Origin: Planctomycetota bacterium
GTDB taxonomy: Bacteria > Planctomycetota > B15-G4
DNA length: 64,000 nt
NCBI GenBank assembly: GCA_038212275.1
Contig: JBBQUR010000010.1
Span: 123,432 to 187,431, forward strand
Reading direction: 5' to 3'
The stretch's first letter is position 1, and the number at the start of each line of letters is the position of its first letter. The notes under the pieces are model-generated. The model ran no database searches. It was not told the origin of the DNA and saw nothing but the letters and a program-made list of their open reading frames with translations. The position numbers and the translations under genes were made by a program. Of the stretch, positions 9,641 through 20,277 are shown piece by piece.

Positions 9641-11944
9641 CTACTTCACCTTGAGCTTCAGCGTGTAGCGGCCGCCGGTCAGCCCGCTGTCGGTCACCGT
9701 GATCACGTAGACGCCCGCGTTGTTCACGGTGATCTTGGCCTGGCTCGCGCTCGTGCCGTTGGCGCCCTGCTTCTTGACCTCCGGATAGGTGAAGTCGCCG
9801 GGGCCGTCGTCGCTGGCGAAGTCCACCTGCGTCGCGTCCTGCTTGTCTCCCTTGATGGAGAGCGTGAAGGACTGGCCGGGCGCGAGCTCCAGCGCGAAGC
9901 GGTGCTCGGTGATGCCGCCGAGAAACTCCGACGTGAAGTCGAGCGCGAAGCCGGCCGGATCATCAGAGTTCGCGAAGGTGTAGAGCCGCGAATCGTCGGC
10001 AGTGCCGGTGATGCCGTGGCGAAGGAAGGCGCCGAGCAGCTTGCCGGCGTTCTTCGTGCTTCCCTTGCCCGAGTCGGGCGAGAGCAGGTCTTCCATCATC
10101 GATTCGAAGCACTCGAAATAGAAGGTCGCATAGGCGTCGTTCGCATTGCCGAGGTCGACCGTCGGAAAGCCGGCCTCGTCGTTGCTCTGAGGCCAGCCGC
10201 CCAGGCCATCGAGAATCAGCGCGTCCGCGACCTTGGCCTTCAGCGCGGTGCGGGCGCTCCAGAGCGCGGCGCCGAAGATCTCGCCGGCCTCGTGCTCCTC
10301 GGGAAGTCCCCCGTTGCCCAGCGTGTCCTGCAGGTTGTCGGGCAGCGTGAGCGTTGCGTCGAGGTGGCGCAGCGCGTCGCCCTCCAGCGCGAGGTCGGCG
10401 CCGGAGTGCGCCAGCAGCACCGGGCCGATGCGCGCGTCCTTCAGGAAGCTGCCGGCGGCGTAGTCGGCGATGGCCTCGTTGACCGCGCGCGACGGCGTGT
10501 CGATCGCGCCGTTGCCGAAGGTGAAGCCGGCCTTGTCCACCATGCCGTGCGTGTACTCGTGGCAGACGACGGACGGGTCGCGCGAGAAGTCGTCGGCCGG
10601 GTCGCCGGTCTGCGAGTCGAAGTCGCCGAAGACGAAGTAGCCGGGAGAGAAGCCGCCGAGGCCGCCGTCGAGATCCTGCGGCGAGTAGAAGGCGTTGAGG
10701 AAGCCGTCGCCGCCGTCGTCGAAGTTCACGACGACGGGGATGCAGGTGTCGGACGCGAGCTCGCCCTGCACCTTGCCCAGCCAGGCCGCCATGCGCGTGA
10801 TCCACTGGTAGGTGTTCACGTGGTCGAAGGCCTCGTACTCCGCGATCGAACCGCCGATCGTCGCGTGGCTCGTGTCGGAGAACGGGAAGCTGAGCGGCGG
10901 CGAGAACAGCACGGCGTCGAGGTCGAACACGGTGGCGTAACGGCCCGTCAGCGTGCCGGCGAGCGCGAGGGCGGGCGTGCTGACGTCCACCAGCGTGAGC
11001 TCCGCGAGGCTCGCGTTGCTCTCCTTGCCGGAGATCGCGTTGCCGACCGAGGTGTAGGCGCTGCCCTTTCCCTTGCCGGTGGGGAACGGCAACGCCGCGC
11101 CGTCCCACACCAGCTGGCCCGTGCCGGATGATCGGTTGTCCTTCACGCCGAGCACGGCGCCCGAACGCGCGTCGATGTCCACGGCCAGCGGGCGCAGGCC
11201 GGCGCGCGTCACCAGCTCCACGCGCTGCACGAGCCGCACGCTGCCATCGGCCGCGACCTGCGCACGGCCTGCCACGACGGGCGCGGCCATGAGTGCCCCG
11301 TCGTCGAGCTGCAGGTGAGCGAGTGCCGCGAGTCGGGCCTCCTCGGCATCCACCGACGGCGGAGTCACCGCAGCCGTGCCGGGCAGCAGCACGCCGTGCA
11401 CCTCGCGCACGTGATCCGGAAGCGCGACGACGTCGGCGGGCAGCGCGCCCGCGGCGGCATCGGGCAGATCGCCGTCGAGGCGCAGCAGCAGGGCGTGTCC
11501 TTCGAGCGGGAAGCCCTGCACCAGCTGGGGCACGCGCACCCAGGTCGGACGTCCCGACGCGTCGCGCGAGACGATCTCGGTGGCGCCGAACGTGGCGCCC
11601 GCGTCACCGTCAAAGAGCGGCGCGAAGCGGCGCGCGAAGTCCGCACCGCGCGCCGGCAGGTCGGTGCCCGCCATGGTGCCCGCCATGGTGCCCGCCATGG
11701 TGAAGGCGAAGTGGCCGCGCAGCCGCGACAGCGCACCGGTGCGGGCGTTCACGCGCAGGCGAGAGCCGGCTTGCAGCACGGCGAGCTGTCGCCGGATGTC
11801 CGGGCGCAGTTCGCGCTGTCCGCGCGGTGCAGCGAGGGCACGGGGCGTGGCGCGCGCGGCGGACTGGGCGCCGAGCACGGAACTGCACGCCAAGAAGGCG
11901 AGCACGAGCAGGGGTTCTCTGCAGCTTCTCATGTCCGCCCTCAT
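9641..11944 (-). CDS. Secreted M4/M36 (thermolysin/fungalysin-like) zinc metallopeptidase with propeptide and C-terminal PPC-like domain
   Basis: NAFY, HEYTH zinc motif, NEAIADY and EEHEAG; signal peptide; start at 11932 or 11944. Confidence 0.85.
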   Translation of the reverse strand: MRADMRSCREPLLVLAFLACSSVLGAQSAARATPRALAAPRGQRELRPDIRRQLAVLQAGSRLRVNARTGALSRLRGHFAFTMAGTMAGTMAGTDLPARGADFARRFAPLFDGDAGATFGATEIVSRDASGRPTWVRVPQLVQGFPLEGHALLLRLDGDLPDAAAGALPADVVALPDHVREVHGVLLPGTAAVTPPSVDAEEARLAALAHLQLDDGALMAAPVVAGRAQVAADGSVRLVQRVELVTRAGLRPLAVDIDARSGAVLGVKDNRSSGTGQLVWDGAALPFPTGKGKGSAYTSVGNAISGKESNASLAELTLVDVSTPALALAGTLTGRYATVFDLDAVLFSPPLSFPFSDTSHATIGGSIAEYEAFDHVNTYQWITRMAAWLGKVQGELASDTCIPVVVNFDDGGDGFLNAFYSPQDLDGGLGGFSPGYFVFGDFDSQTGDPADDFSRDPSVVCHEYTHGMVDKAGFTFGNGAIDTPSRAVNEAIADYAAGSFLKDARIGPVLLAHSGADLALEGDALRHLDATLTLPDNLQDTLGNGGLPEEHEAGEIFGAALWSARTALKAKVADALILDGLGGWPQSNDEAGFPTVDLGNANDAYATFYFECFESMMEDLLSPDSGKGSTKNAGKLLGAFLRHGITGTADDSRLYTFANSDDPAGFALDFTSEFLGGITEHRFALELAPGQSFTLSIKGDKQDATQVDFASDDGPGDFTYPEVKKQGANGTSASQAKITVNNAGVYVITVTDSGLTGGRYTLKLKVK
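11663..11700. repeat. 12-nt tandem repeat x3 (GGTGCCCGCCAT; encodes TMAG repeats)
   Basis: Directly visible in the sequence. Confidence 0.9.
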
Positions 11945-12097
11945 CGGCAGGCGGCCGGCATGAGGTGAGCGATGCCTGGAGGCGCGTCGCGGGCCCACGG
12001 ACGAGGCTCACGCACGGGCCCACGGACGGACTCACGGATAGGCGCGCAGACGGGTGCGCAGACGGGTGCGCGGTCGGTTGGGCGGTCAGGCGCGCGG

Positions 12098-12529
12098 TCA
12101 GGCGCCCGGAGCCGCGATGTCCGCCGTGGTGGTTGCGCTGGCCGCGATCATCTGGCCCGCCACGAAGTGCAGCGCCTCGTCCCAGGTCTGCGAGATCTCC
12201 GGCGTCCACGCGGGGCCGCATTCATCCGCCATCGCGGCGAGCATCGACGCCGCGACGTACTCGTAGTGACGCGGCTGCACGCCGAGCTGGGCGTGCTGCC
12301 GGCCCATCGTCGCCAGCACGGGCGACAGGGTGGCCGGCTTGTCGGCCAGCGAAACGACGGCCGCCACCGACGCCATGAGCTTGCGACGCTGCTCGTTGAA
12401 GTCCGTGTCCTTGAACATCGGCCGCACCTGCGGATACGTCGCGAAAAGCCGCGCGTAGAAGCGGCGCGCGAGCGCGTCGGCCGAGGGTTGCAGCGTGGCG
12501 AAGGTCGAGCGGAGCAGGGTGATGTTCAT
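12098..12529 (-). CDS. Single-domain globin (flavohaemoglobin-like globin domain)
   Basis: FYARLFATYPQVRPMF, QRRKLM, MGRQHAQLGV.P.HY and WT.E...W motifs; ATG at 12529 overlaps the regulator stop. Confidence 0.9.
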   Translation of the reverse strand: MNITLLRSTFATLQPSADALARRFYARLFATYPQVRPMFKDTDFNEQRRKLMASVAAVVSLADKPATLSPVLATMGRQHAQLGVQPRHYEYVAASMLAAMADECGPAWTPEISQTWDEALHFVAGQMIAASATTTADIAAPGA

Positions 12530-12987
12530 GCTGCGGGGGCGTCCTTGCGGTTGGTGGAGAGAGCGAGGTTCCGGAGTCCGCCGCGCGGGGCGCGAGGCCG
12601 GCACAGGTCGGCGATGGTGGTGCCGGCCAGCGCGCCGTAGAAGGCGTCCTCGGCAGACATGAGCAGCCGGCGCAGGTCGCAGCCCGGTTCGAGCACGCAG
12701 CTCTCGGGCTGCAGCACGCACGGCAGCACGGTGCGCCGGCCTTCGAAGTGCGCGACGACCTTCGAGACGGTGGCCGCCTTGCCTGCGGCCAGCAGTTCCA
12801 CGCCGCCGCCGCGGCCCGGGCGCGTGCGCACGTAGCCGGCGCGGACGAGCTCCTGCACGACCTTCACGAGGTGCTCGCGCGAGATGGCGAAGGCGGAGGC
12901 CATCGCGTCGACCGGCGCCGGCGCGCCGGCATAGCCGAGGTAGAGCAGCACGCGGAGGGCGTAGTCGGTCTGCAGCTTCAGGTGCAT
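12526..12987 (-). CDS. Rrf2 family transcriptional regulator, NsrR-like
   Basis: TDYALRVLLYL, HLVKVVQEL, RPGRGGG and three Cys (PC...C.....C) for an Fe-S cluster; coupled to a globin gene. Confidence 0.85.
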   Translation of the reverse strand: MHLKLQTDYALRVLLYLGYAGAPAPVDAMASAFAISREHLVKVVQELVRAGYVRTRPGRGGGVELLAAGKAATVSKVVAHFEGRRTVLPCVLQPESCVLEPGCDLRRLLMSAEDAFYGALAGTTIADLCRPRAPRGGLRNLALSTNRKDAPAA

Positions 12988-12994
12988 GGCGCTG

Positions 12995-13025
12995 AACATG
13001 GTATTGCGAATACCATGTTTGTCAA
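12995..13025 (-). promoter_or_regulatory. Rrf2/NsrR-type operator (perfect 11-3-11 palindrome) overlapping a sigma70-like promoter
   Basis: AACATGGTATT-GCG-AATACCATGTT at 12995-13019; TTGACA (13025-13020) and TACCAT (13003-12998) on the minus strand. Confidence 0.75.
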
Positions 13026-13043
13026 GCGCCGGGTGTCGGGCCC

Positions 13044-13802
13044 TCAGCGCGAGGCGGACGCGTCCGTCATGCCGGCCAGCGCGGGCGCCATGGCGGCGGC
13101 CCAGCGCTCGTAGCCGGCGGCCGAGAGATGCAGCGCGTCGGGCATCACGTCCGCGGCGAGGGCGCCGTCGGTCTCGGTGAAGGCCGCACCGATGTCCAGC
13201 CAGCGCACGCGGTCGCCGTCGCAGAGCGCGGCCAGCAGCACGTTGGCGGCCTCGTTGTTGAGTCGGGCGGGGTCGGAAGCCGTCCTGCCGCGCGGGAAGA
13301 TCGCGAGGAGCAGCACGCGCGTGTCGGGCATGCGCGCGTGCACCTCGGCCAGGATGGCGGCCACGCCGTCACGGATGTCCTGAGGCGACTGCATGCCGCC
13401 GCCCGTGTTGTTGGTGCCGATCATGAGCACGAGCACGCGCGGGTTCAGGCCGTCGAGGTGGCCTTCGCGCAGCCGCCACAGCACGTGCTGCGTCTGGTCG
13501 CCGCCGATGCCGAGCTCCACCGCGCCGAGGGGCGCATAGTGCCGCGCCCAGGTCGCGGCGCCATCCGTCTCCCACGCCTCGGTGATCGAGTCGCCGAGGA
13601 AGACGAGGGGCGCGGGCGGCTGCTGCATGGCCGCCTGCGTCGCGCGCTGCTGCAGCGTCACGATGCGGTCCGCGCGCCCCGGATTCGGGCACGGCGTCAC
13701 GGCCGCGGCGGGCGGCGCGACATCGCCGGGTGCGGCGCAGCCGGCGAGGAACAGGAGTGCGGAGGCCGGGATCAACGACGCGATGAGCGAGGTGGTGCGC
13801 AT
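13044..13802 (-). CDS. SGNH/GDSL hydrolase lipoprotein (PAF-acetylhydrolase-like)
   Basis: LAGC lipobox; FLGDSIT, GIGGD.TQHVLWRL, MIGTNN and D.LH motifs. Confidence 0.9.
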   Translation of the reverse strand: MRTTSLIASLIPASALLFLAGCAAPGDVAPPAAAVTPCPNPGRADRIVTLQQRATQAAMQQPPAPLVFLGDSITEAWETDGAATWARHYAPLGAVELGIGGDQTQHVLWRLREGHLDGLNPRVLVLMIGTNNTGGGMQSPQDIRDGVAAILAEVHARMPDTRVLLLAIFPRGRTASDPARLNNEAANVLLAALCDGDRVRWLDIGAAFTETDGALAADVMPDALHLSAAGYERWAAAMAPALAGMTDASASR

Positions 13803-13856
13803 GCCCGGAACGCTACCACGCGCGGGCGCAGCACCGGCAGTCCGGCGCCGGGCGAC

Positions 13857-14963
13857 TCAGCCGGCGGCGAGACGGGCTGCCTCGGCGTATACGGCCAGCG
13901 TGGCCCGCGCGATGGCGTCCCAGCTGAAGTGCTGCGCGACACGCACGGGACCACGCCGCGCGAGATCCGCGCGCAGCGCCTGATCGTGCGCCATCCGCGC
14001 CAGCGCCGCGGCGAACGCGGCCTCGTCGGCGGGGTCGAAGAGCAGGCCGCAGTCTCCGACCGTCTCGGGCAGCGCTCCGCGATTGCTGGACAGCACCGGC
14101 GCGCCGCAGGCCTGCGCCTCCAGCACCGGGATGCCGAAGCCCTCGTGCAGCGACGAGCAGCAATACATCGCGGCGCCGGCCAGCAGCACGGGCAGGTCGG
14201 CCTCCGACACGCGGCCCGGCAGCAGCACACGGTCGTCGGAAAGCTTGCAGGCGCGGGCCTCGGCGCGCAGCGTGTCGGCATCGGCACCCCGCGGGCCGCC
14301 GAGCAGCAGCACCCACTCGGCCGGCAGCTCCGCGCGCGCGAAGGCCGCGAGCAGGCCGCGCTGATTTTTGCGCGGACCCGCGGCGCCGAGATTCAGCACG
14401 TAGGGCCGCGCCTGCACGCCGTGGCGCGCGAGCACCTCGTGCAGCACGTCGGGCGCGGGCCGCCGCAGCACCGCCGTGTCGATGCCGATGGGCACGACGC
14501 GCACGCGGTCGCGAGGAAACTGCAGGTGTTCGCCGAGTGCGCGCGCGCCCTGCTCGCTGTAGGAGATGACGAGGTGCGCGCGCTCCAGCGTCTGCCGGAT
14601 GCGCGCCGTGCGCCGGGCCCGCCACTCGGGCGTGCTCAGCTCGGGGAACTCCAGCACGTTGAGGTCGTGCATCGTCACGACGCGGGCGCAGCCGCGGGGC
14701 GGCAGGCGCACGCCGATGCCGTGCAGCACGTCCAGCCCGGCCAGCGCGCGGCCCGCGAAGGCGTCGACGAGCAGGCGCGGGCGGATGCCAGGCAGCATGT
14801 CGGCGACCAGCTCGCGACGGAACCAGCGATGCGGCCGCACGAAGAGCCGGTACTCGTGCTCCGGCGCCACGCGCGCGCAGGCGGCCACGAGCGACCAGCC
14901 GTAGTTGGAAATGCCGCCGCGTTCGGCCTTCACACACGAGCTGACGTCGAAGCCGAGCCTCAC
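13857..14963 (-). CDS. Glycosyltransferase family 4 (GT-B)
   Basis: VVTMHDL, PRKN and EGFGIPVLEAQACGAPV motifs. Confidence 0.9.
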   Translation of the reverse strand: MRLGFDVSSCVKAERGGISNYGWSLVAACARVAPEHEYRLFVRPHRWFRRELVADMLPGIRPRLLVDAFAGRALAGLDVLHGIGVRLPPRGCARVVTMHDLNVLEFPELSTPEWRARRTARIRQTLERAHLVISYSEQGARALGEHLQFPRDRVRVVPIGIDTAVLRRPAPDVLHEVLARHGVQARPYVLNLGAAGPRKNQRGLLAAFARAELPAEWVLLLGGPRGADADTLRAEARACKLSDDRVLLPGRVSEADLPVLLAGAAMYCCSSLHEGFGIPVLEAQACGAPVLSSNRGALPETVGDCGLLFDPADEAAFAAALARMAHDQALRADLARRGPVRVAQHFSWDAIARATLAVYAEAARLAAG

Positions 14964-15051
14964 GGCAGGACCGGGCCGGGCGGCGCGGCAGGCGTCGGCG
15001 CGTCGGCGCGGCGCGCGAGGAGGTGTGCTCGCGCGCCGTCGCGCGCGGGCC

Positions 15052-15429
15052 TCACTTGCTCTTGGCCACGTAGGCCATGCGCAGGTTCGTGAGCACGCCG
15101 CGCAGGTAGGTGTCCTCTTCCTCGGTGCGATTGCCCGCAGTCTTCTGCTCGAGCATCGCGAGCAGGTCGATCAGGAAACGCGCGGCGGGCAGGTCCTTCT
15201 CGCGCTTGCCGGAGAGCGGGTTCTCCACCTCGCCCAGCGCCATGGTCACCTGCGAGGCCAGGTGGAAAACGTGCAGTTGCAGCGACGGCTCGGGCATCGT
15301 GCGCGTGCCGGCCGCGGTGTCGTGCTCATGCTCGTGGCCGTGCTCGTGAGCTCCGGCGACCTCGTGCTCGTGGCCGTGGTCGTGGCCGCAGGTCTCGCCG
15401 GGGGCGTGTTCGTGCTCGTGCTCGGGCAT
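15052..15429 (-). CDS. DUF1844 domain protein with His-rich N-terminus
   Basis: MALGEVENP, DLPAARFLIDLLAMLEQKTAGN and LRMAYV. Confidence 0.85.
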   Translation of the reverse strand: MPEHEHEHAPGETCGHDHGHEHEVAGAHEHGHEHEHDTAAGTRTMPEPSLQLHVFHLASQVTMALGEVENPLSGKREKDLPAARFLIDLLAMLEQKTAGNRTEEEDTYLRGVLTNLRMAYVAKSK

Positions 15430-15434
15430 GGCTG

Positions 15435-17098
<1,664 letters not shown>

Positions 17099-17102
<4 letters not shown>

Positions 17103-17950
17103 GAGGTGCTGCCTGGAGCTCGGGAGGAGCCGCTGGAGTCGCGCTCGCGGCGCTGGAACCGCTCCACGAAGCGAGCGTAGTCCGCTGGCGTGTCGATTCC
17201 CAGAGAGGCATGGTCCGTGAGCACGACGCCGATGCGCATTCCCAGCGACAGGGCCCGGAGCTGCTCGAGCCGTTCGGCCCGCTCGAGCGCTGCGGGCGGT
17301 GCAGCGGAGAAGGCCAGCAGCGCATCGCGCCGCCAGCCGTAGACGCCGAGATGAGCCAGCGCCCCCGGGGCCAGGGGCCCCGCGCCGTCGAGGCCGTGGG
17401 GAATGGGCGCGCGGGAGAAGTAGAGGGCGTGGCCGGCGTCGTCGCGGACCAGCTTGACGGTGTGCGGATCGCGGTAGGTGTCGGTCTCGTCGGGGCCCAG
17501 CGGGCGGGCCAGCGTCACCAGCTCCTCGCCGGTGGCGGCCAGGCGCTCGACGAGGCGGTCCAGATCGTCGGGGTTCACCTCGGGCTCGTCGCCCTGCACG
17601 TTGAGGACCAGGCGGACGTCGGCGGGAAGGCGCCGGACCACCTCGGCCACGCGGTCGCTGCCGGAGGGGTGGGACGCGTCGGTCAGCTCGACCTGGGCCC
17701 CGAAGTCCCGCGCGACGGCCGCGATGCGCTCGTCGTCGGTGGCCACGATGATCGGGTGCAGCCTGCGCGCACGGCGCACCTGTTCCCAGACGTGACGGAT
17801 GAGCGCCTGCCCGGTCTGGGCGAGGAGCGGCTTGCCCGGCAGCCGCGTCGAGGCGTAGCGCACCGGCAGGATGGCGGCAGCCCGGACGCCCTCCGCGAGG
17901 ACGGCCTCGCCCTGCGAGGGACCTTTCGGCCGGCCTTCCGCCGCCGTCAC
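17099..17950 (-). CDS. kdsB: 3-deoxy-manno-octulosonate cytidylyltransferase
   Basis: [38 protein letters not shown] and LEQLRAL. Confidence 0.95.
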
Positions 17951-18441
17951 GGCGCGCCCCGGAGCTGCTGCTTCTTGAGGAGCGCGCCGCCCTCCGGATT
18001 CTCGATGAACTGCGCCGAGCCGATGTGGCTGTAGTACTCATTCACCGTCAGCTTCATGTAGACGAAGGCGCTGAGCTGGTCGGCTGTCGGTCCGACCGTG
18101 GGCACCGCGAAGGTGCGGCCGGAGCCGTTCCTGCGCACCTCGATCCAGCCGCGCACACCCGAGGCCGGGGGCGCGCCGGGCGTCGACAGCGTCTGGAAGT
18201 TCAGCGTATCGAGGTCCGCGATGAGTTCATCGAGGAGCTCATCCGGGGCCAGCTTCAGGGAGGCGTCGGGCTGCTCCGTGGAGTAGATGTCGGCGAGGTC
18301 GGGATTGCTCTCGTTGGAGAGTTGCAGCAGGACCTTGGAGCGGCCGTCGTACAATCGCACCAGCAGCCGGTCGCCGCCGGAGCCGAAGCCCAGGGCCGAG
18401 CACGCGCTCAGGCTCGAGATCAGGGTCGCGAGGAGCGCCAT
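17947..18441 (-). CDS. Hypothetical lipoprotein
   Basis: LSAC lipobox after a hydrophobic stretch; GTGA overlap with kdsB; start uncertain (18441 or 18474). Confidence 0.7.
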   Translation of the reverse strand: MALLATLISSLSACSALGFGSGGDRLLVRLYDGRSKVLLQLSNESNPDLADIYSTEQPDASLKLAPDELLDELIADLDTLNFQTLSTPGAPPASGVRGWIEVRRNGSGRTFAVPTVGPTADQLSAFVYMKLTVNEYYSHIGSAQFIENPEGGALLKKQQLRGAP

Positions 18442-18666
18442 CCGCAGGGACCACCTGCGCAGGCTCGGACTCAAGCGGCGACGGGCGGACGACGGAGCGG
18501 CACGCGGCCCCCCGGGCAGCCCGGTCGGTGGCGTCCCGACACACGAATTGTGAGCGCTTGCGATCAAGCGCGCGAGACTAGTGGATTGCGGAAGTAGGTA
18601 CTTCGCGCAAAACAGCCTCGTTTCAGTCGGTTCAACGTCCAAGAGCCCATGCTAGAATACCGGCGC

Positions 18667-18846
18667 ATGACCCGGAAACAGGCTACCCGAAAGCGCGCCG
18701 CTCGCAAGCCGGGACCGCGCGCCCGCATCGTCAAACCCCGCGAGCCGGACAAGACCGGCCCGGACACGTCCCGGCTGGTCATTGAGGGCGGCGACTACGA
18801 GGAAGCCATCCGGAAGGCGCTGGGGAAACCTACGAGGCCGAGGTAG
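18667..18846 (+). CDS. Small basic hypothetical protein of a type seen beside IS1595 transposases
   Basis: GPDTSRLVIEGGDYEEAIRKALGK motif (recalled association); lies just inside the IS end. Confidence 0.55.
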   Translation: MTRKQATRKRAARKPGPRARIVKPREPDKTGPDTSRLVIEGGDYEEAIRKALGKPTRPR

Positions 18847-19075
18847 GCGGTATCGATGTCGGTACGGTGATCGCCCATACCGGCTCGGACTTCGGAGCGA
18901 GGTGTCCTCGGGTCACGGCGATGCCGAGGCCAAGCTCGATGAGGTTGCGGCAGACCTCCGGCTCATCGATGCCGTAATGGCCGCCGAAGATCAGGTCCAC
19001 AACCGACTGACCCTGCCGCATGGTCAGGTTCACGGACACAGAGTAGGATGGCACGTCGTACTTGCTTTTTGGCAT
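18830..19075 (-). CDS. Small putative ribbon-helix-helix DNA-binding protein
   Basis: Beta strand SVSVNLT, then two helices separated by G.YG (GHYGIDEPEVCRNLIELGL). Confidence 0.5.
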   Translation of the reverse strand: MPKSKYDVPSYSVSVNLTMRQGQSVVDLIFGGHYGIDEPEVCRNLIELGLGIAVTRGHLAPKSEPVWAITVPTSIPPTSAS

Positions 19076-19137
19076 GTCTCAACCCGCTAGAGCCAGCTAG
19101 AGCCGCTTGAAGTACAGGTCTATCGGTGATAGGACGC

Positions 19138-19177
19138 ATACCTGTCAAGGGGGCCGCTGGCCCGTCTTGACAGGTAT
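19138..19177. promoter_or_regulatory. Inverted repeat containing two divergent TTGACA boxes
   Basis: ATACCTGTCAAG (19138-19149) ... CTTGACAGGTAT (19166-19177) with inner GGGCC-gct-GGCCC; lies between the divergent RHH and Panacea genes. Confidence 0.6.
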
Positions 19178-19251
19178 CACCTTCGCCCCTATGTCCTTTC
19201 GCCAGAGCCTTGGCGGGCTGGCGAAGGGGCGCACGAGAGAAAGCGAATTAC

Positions 19252-19827
19252 ATGACGGACGGGCCACGGCTCCATTTCCGCTTCAGTGAGCGGAAAGCAA
19301 CGGAAGCGACGTGCTACGTGCTTCAGAAGCTTGGTGGCAAGCGTGACTATCTCTCGGTTATCAAGCTGCTCTATCTCGCGGAGCGCGAGAGCCTGAGCCG
19401 ACACCACTGGCCGATCATCGGCGACGCCTATGTATCGATGCCACACGGGCCTGTCGTAAGTACGGTCTACAGCCTCATCAAGGATGATCGTGCCTGGCTA
19501 GAGAAGACCCCTCAATACTGGCCTGACCACATCCGCCAAGTCGATGAGAACGACATCGAGGTGTATCGGCCCTTGGCCCCGCACGAACTGACCCGGGGGG
19601 ACATGCGAGTCCTCGACGAGGTGTGCGCGAGATATGCACACCTCAGCCGATGGCAGCTACGGGATCTCACGCACACGCTCCCGGAGTGGGAAGACCCGGA
19701 TGGCGGAAGCCTCCCGATCCTTCATGAGGATCTCCTGCGGATAGTGGGTCTCAGTGAATCAGAAATCGAGTCGATCAGGCTTGATACGGAGGAACTCCGG
19801 CGTATCTTCGCCGACACACATCGGTGA
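19252..19827 (+). CDS. Panacea domain (SocA/DUF4065) antitoxin
   Basis: IKLLYLAERESL, IIGDAYVSMPHGPV.S and WQLRDLTH.LPEW motifs. Confidence 0.9.
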   Translation: MTDGPRLHFRFSERKATEATCYVLQKLGGKRDYLSVIKLLYLAERESLSRHHWPIIGDAYVSMPHGPVVSTVYSLIKDDRAWLEKTPQYWPDHIRQVDENDIEVYRPLAPHELTRGDMRVLDEVCARYAHLSRWQLRDLTHTLPEWEDPDGGSLPILHEDLLRIVGLSESEIESIRLDTEELRRIFADTHR

Positions 19828-19839
19828 AGAGTCTCTCCT

Positions 19840-20277
19840 ATGCGGCCAAGACGCGGGCTGACGTTTACTAGTCAACGAAAGAGCCCTTCCGGGAAGCCCC
19901 ACCTCTGGGTCGTGCTGTCCGAGCCCCATGGCATTCCGCCTTCACTTTTGGTGGTGAGCCTCACGTCCTACCAACAGGGCATGTCGCGCGCGTGCATCTT
20001 CAATCAGGGCGAGCATCGTTTCATCAGACACGAGACAGTCGTGTACTACCGCGGCCTCGGATGGCTTGAAGCTGGCGAGCTACAGACGATGTTCTCGGAC
20101 GCGAGCGCGATTCACGATCAGGATGCGACGCCGGACCTCATGCTCAAGATCGTTGATGCCTGCCTCATGGAGGTCTCGGAGCCCGACGGAAAAATCGGCG
20201 TCGGATACGAAAGTTACCTTGTCGAGCAGCGCAACGCCTTGCTTGTGATTCAAGCGGAGGCCAGCGACCAGCTTTAA
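19840..20277 (+). CDS. Putative PemK/MazF-like toxin paired with the Panacea antitoxin
   Basis: PHLWVVLSEP, LLVVSLTS, CIFNQGEHRFIRHETVVYY; 12 nt downstream of the antitoxin. Confidence 0.65.
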   Translation: MRPRRGLTFTSQRKSPSGKPHLWVVLSEPHGIPPSLLVVSLTSYQQGMSRACIFNQGEHRFIRHETVVYYRGLGWLEAGELQTMFSDASAIHDQDATPDLMLKIVDACLMEVSEPDGKIGVGYESYLVEQRNALLVIQAEASDQL

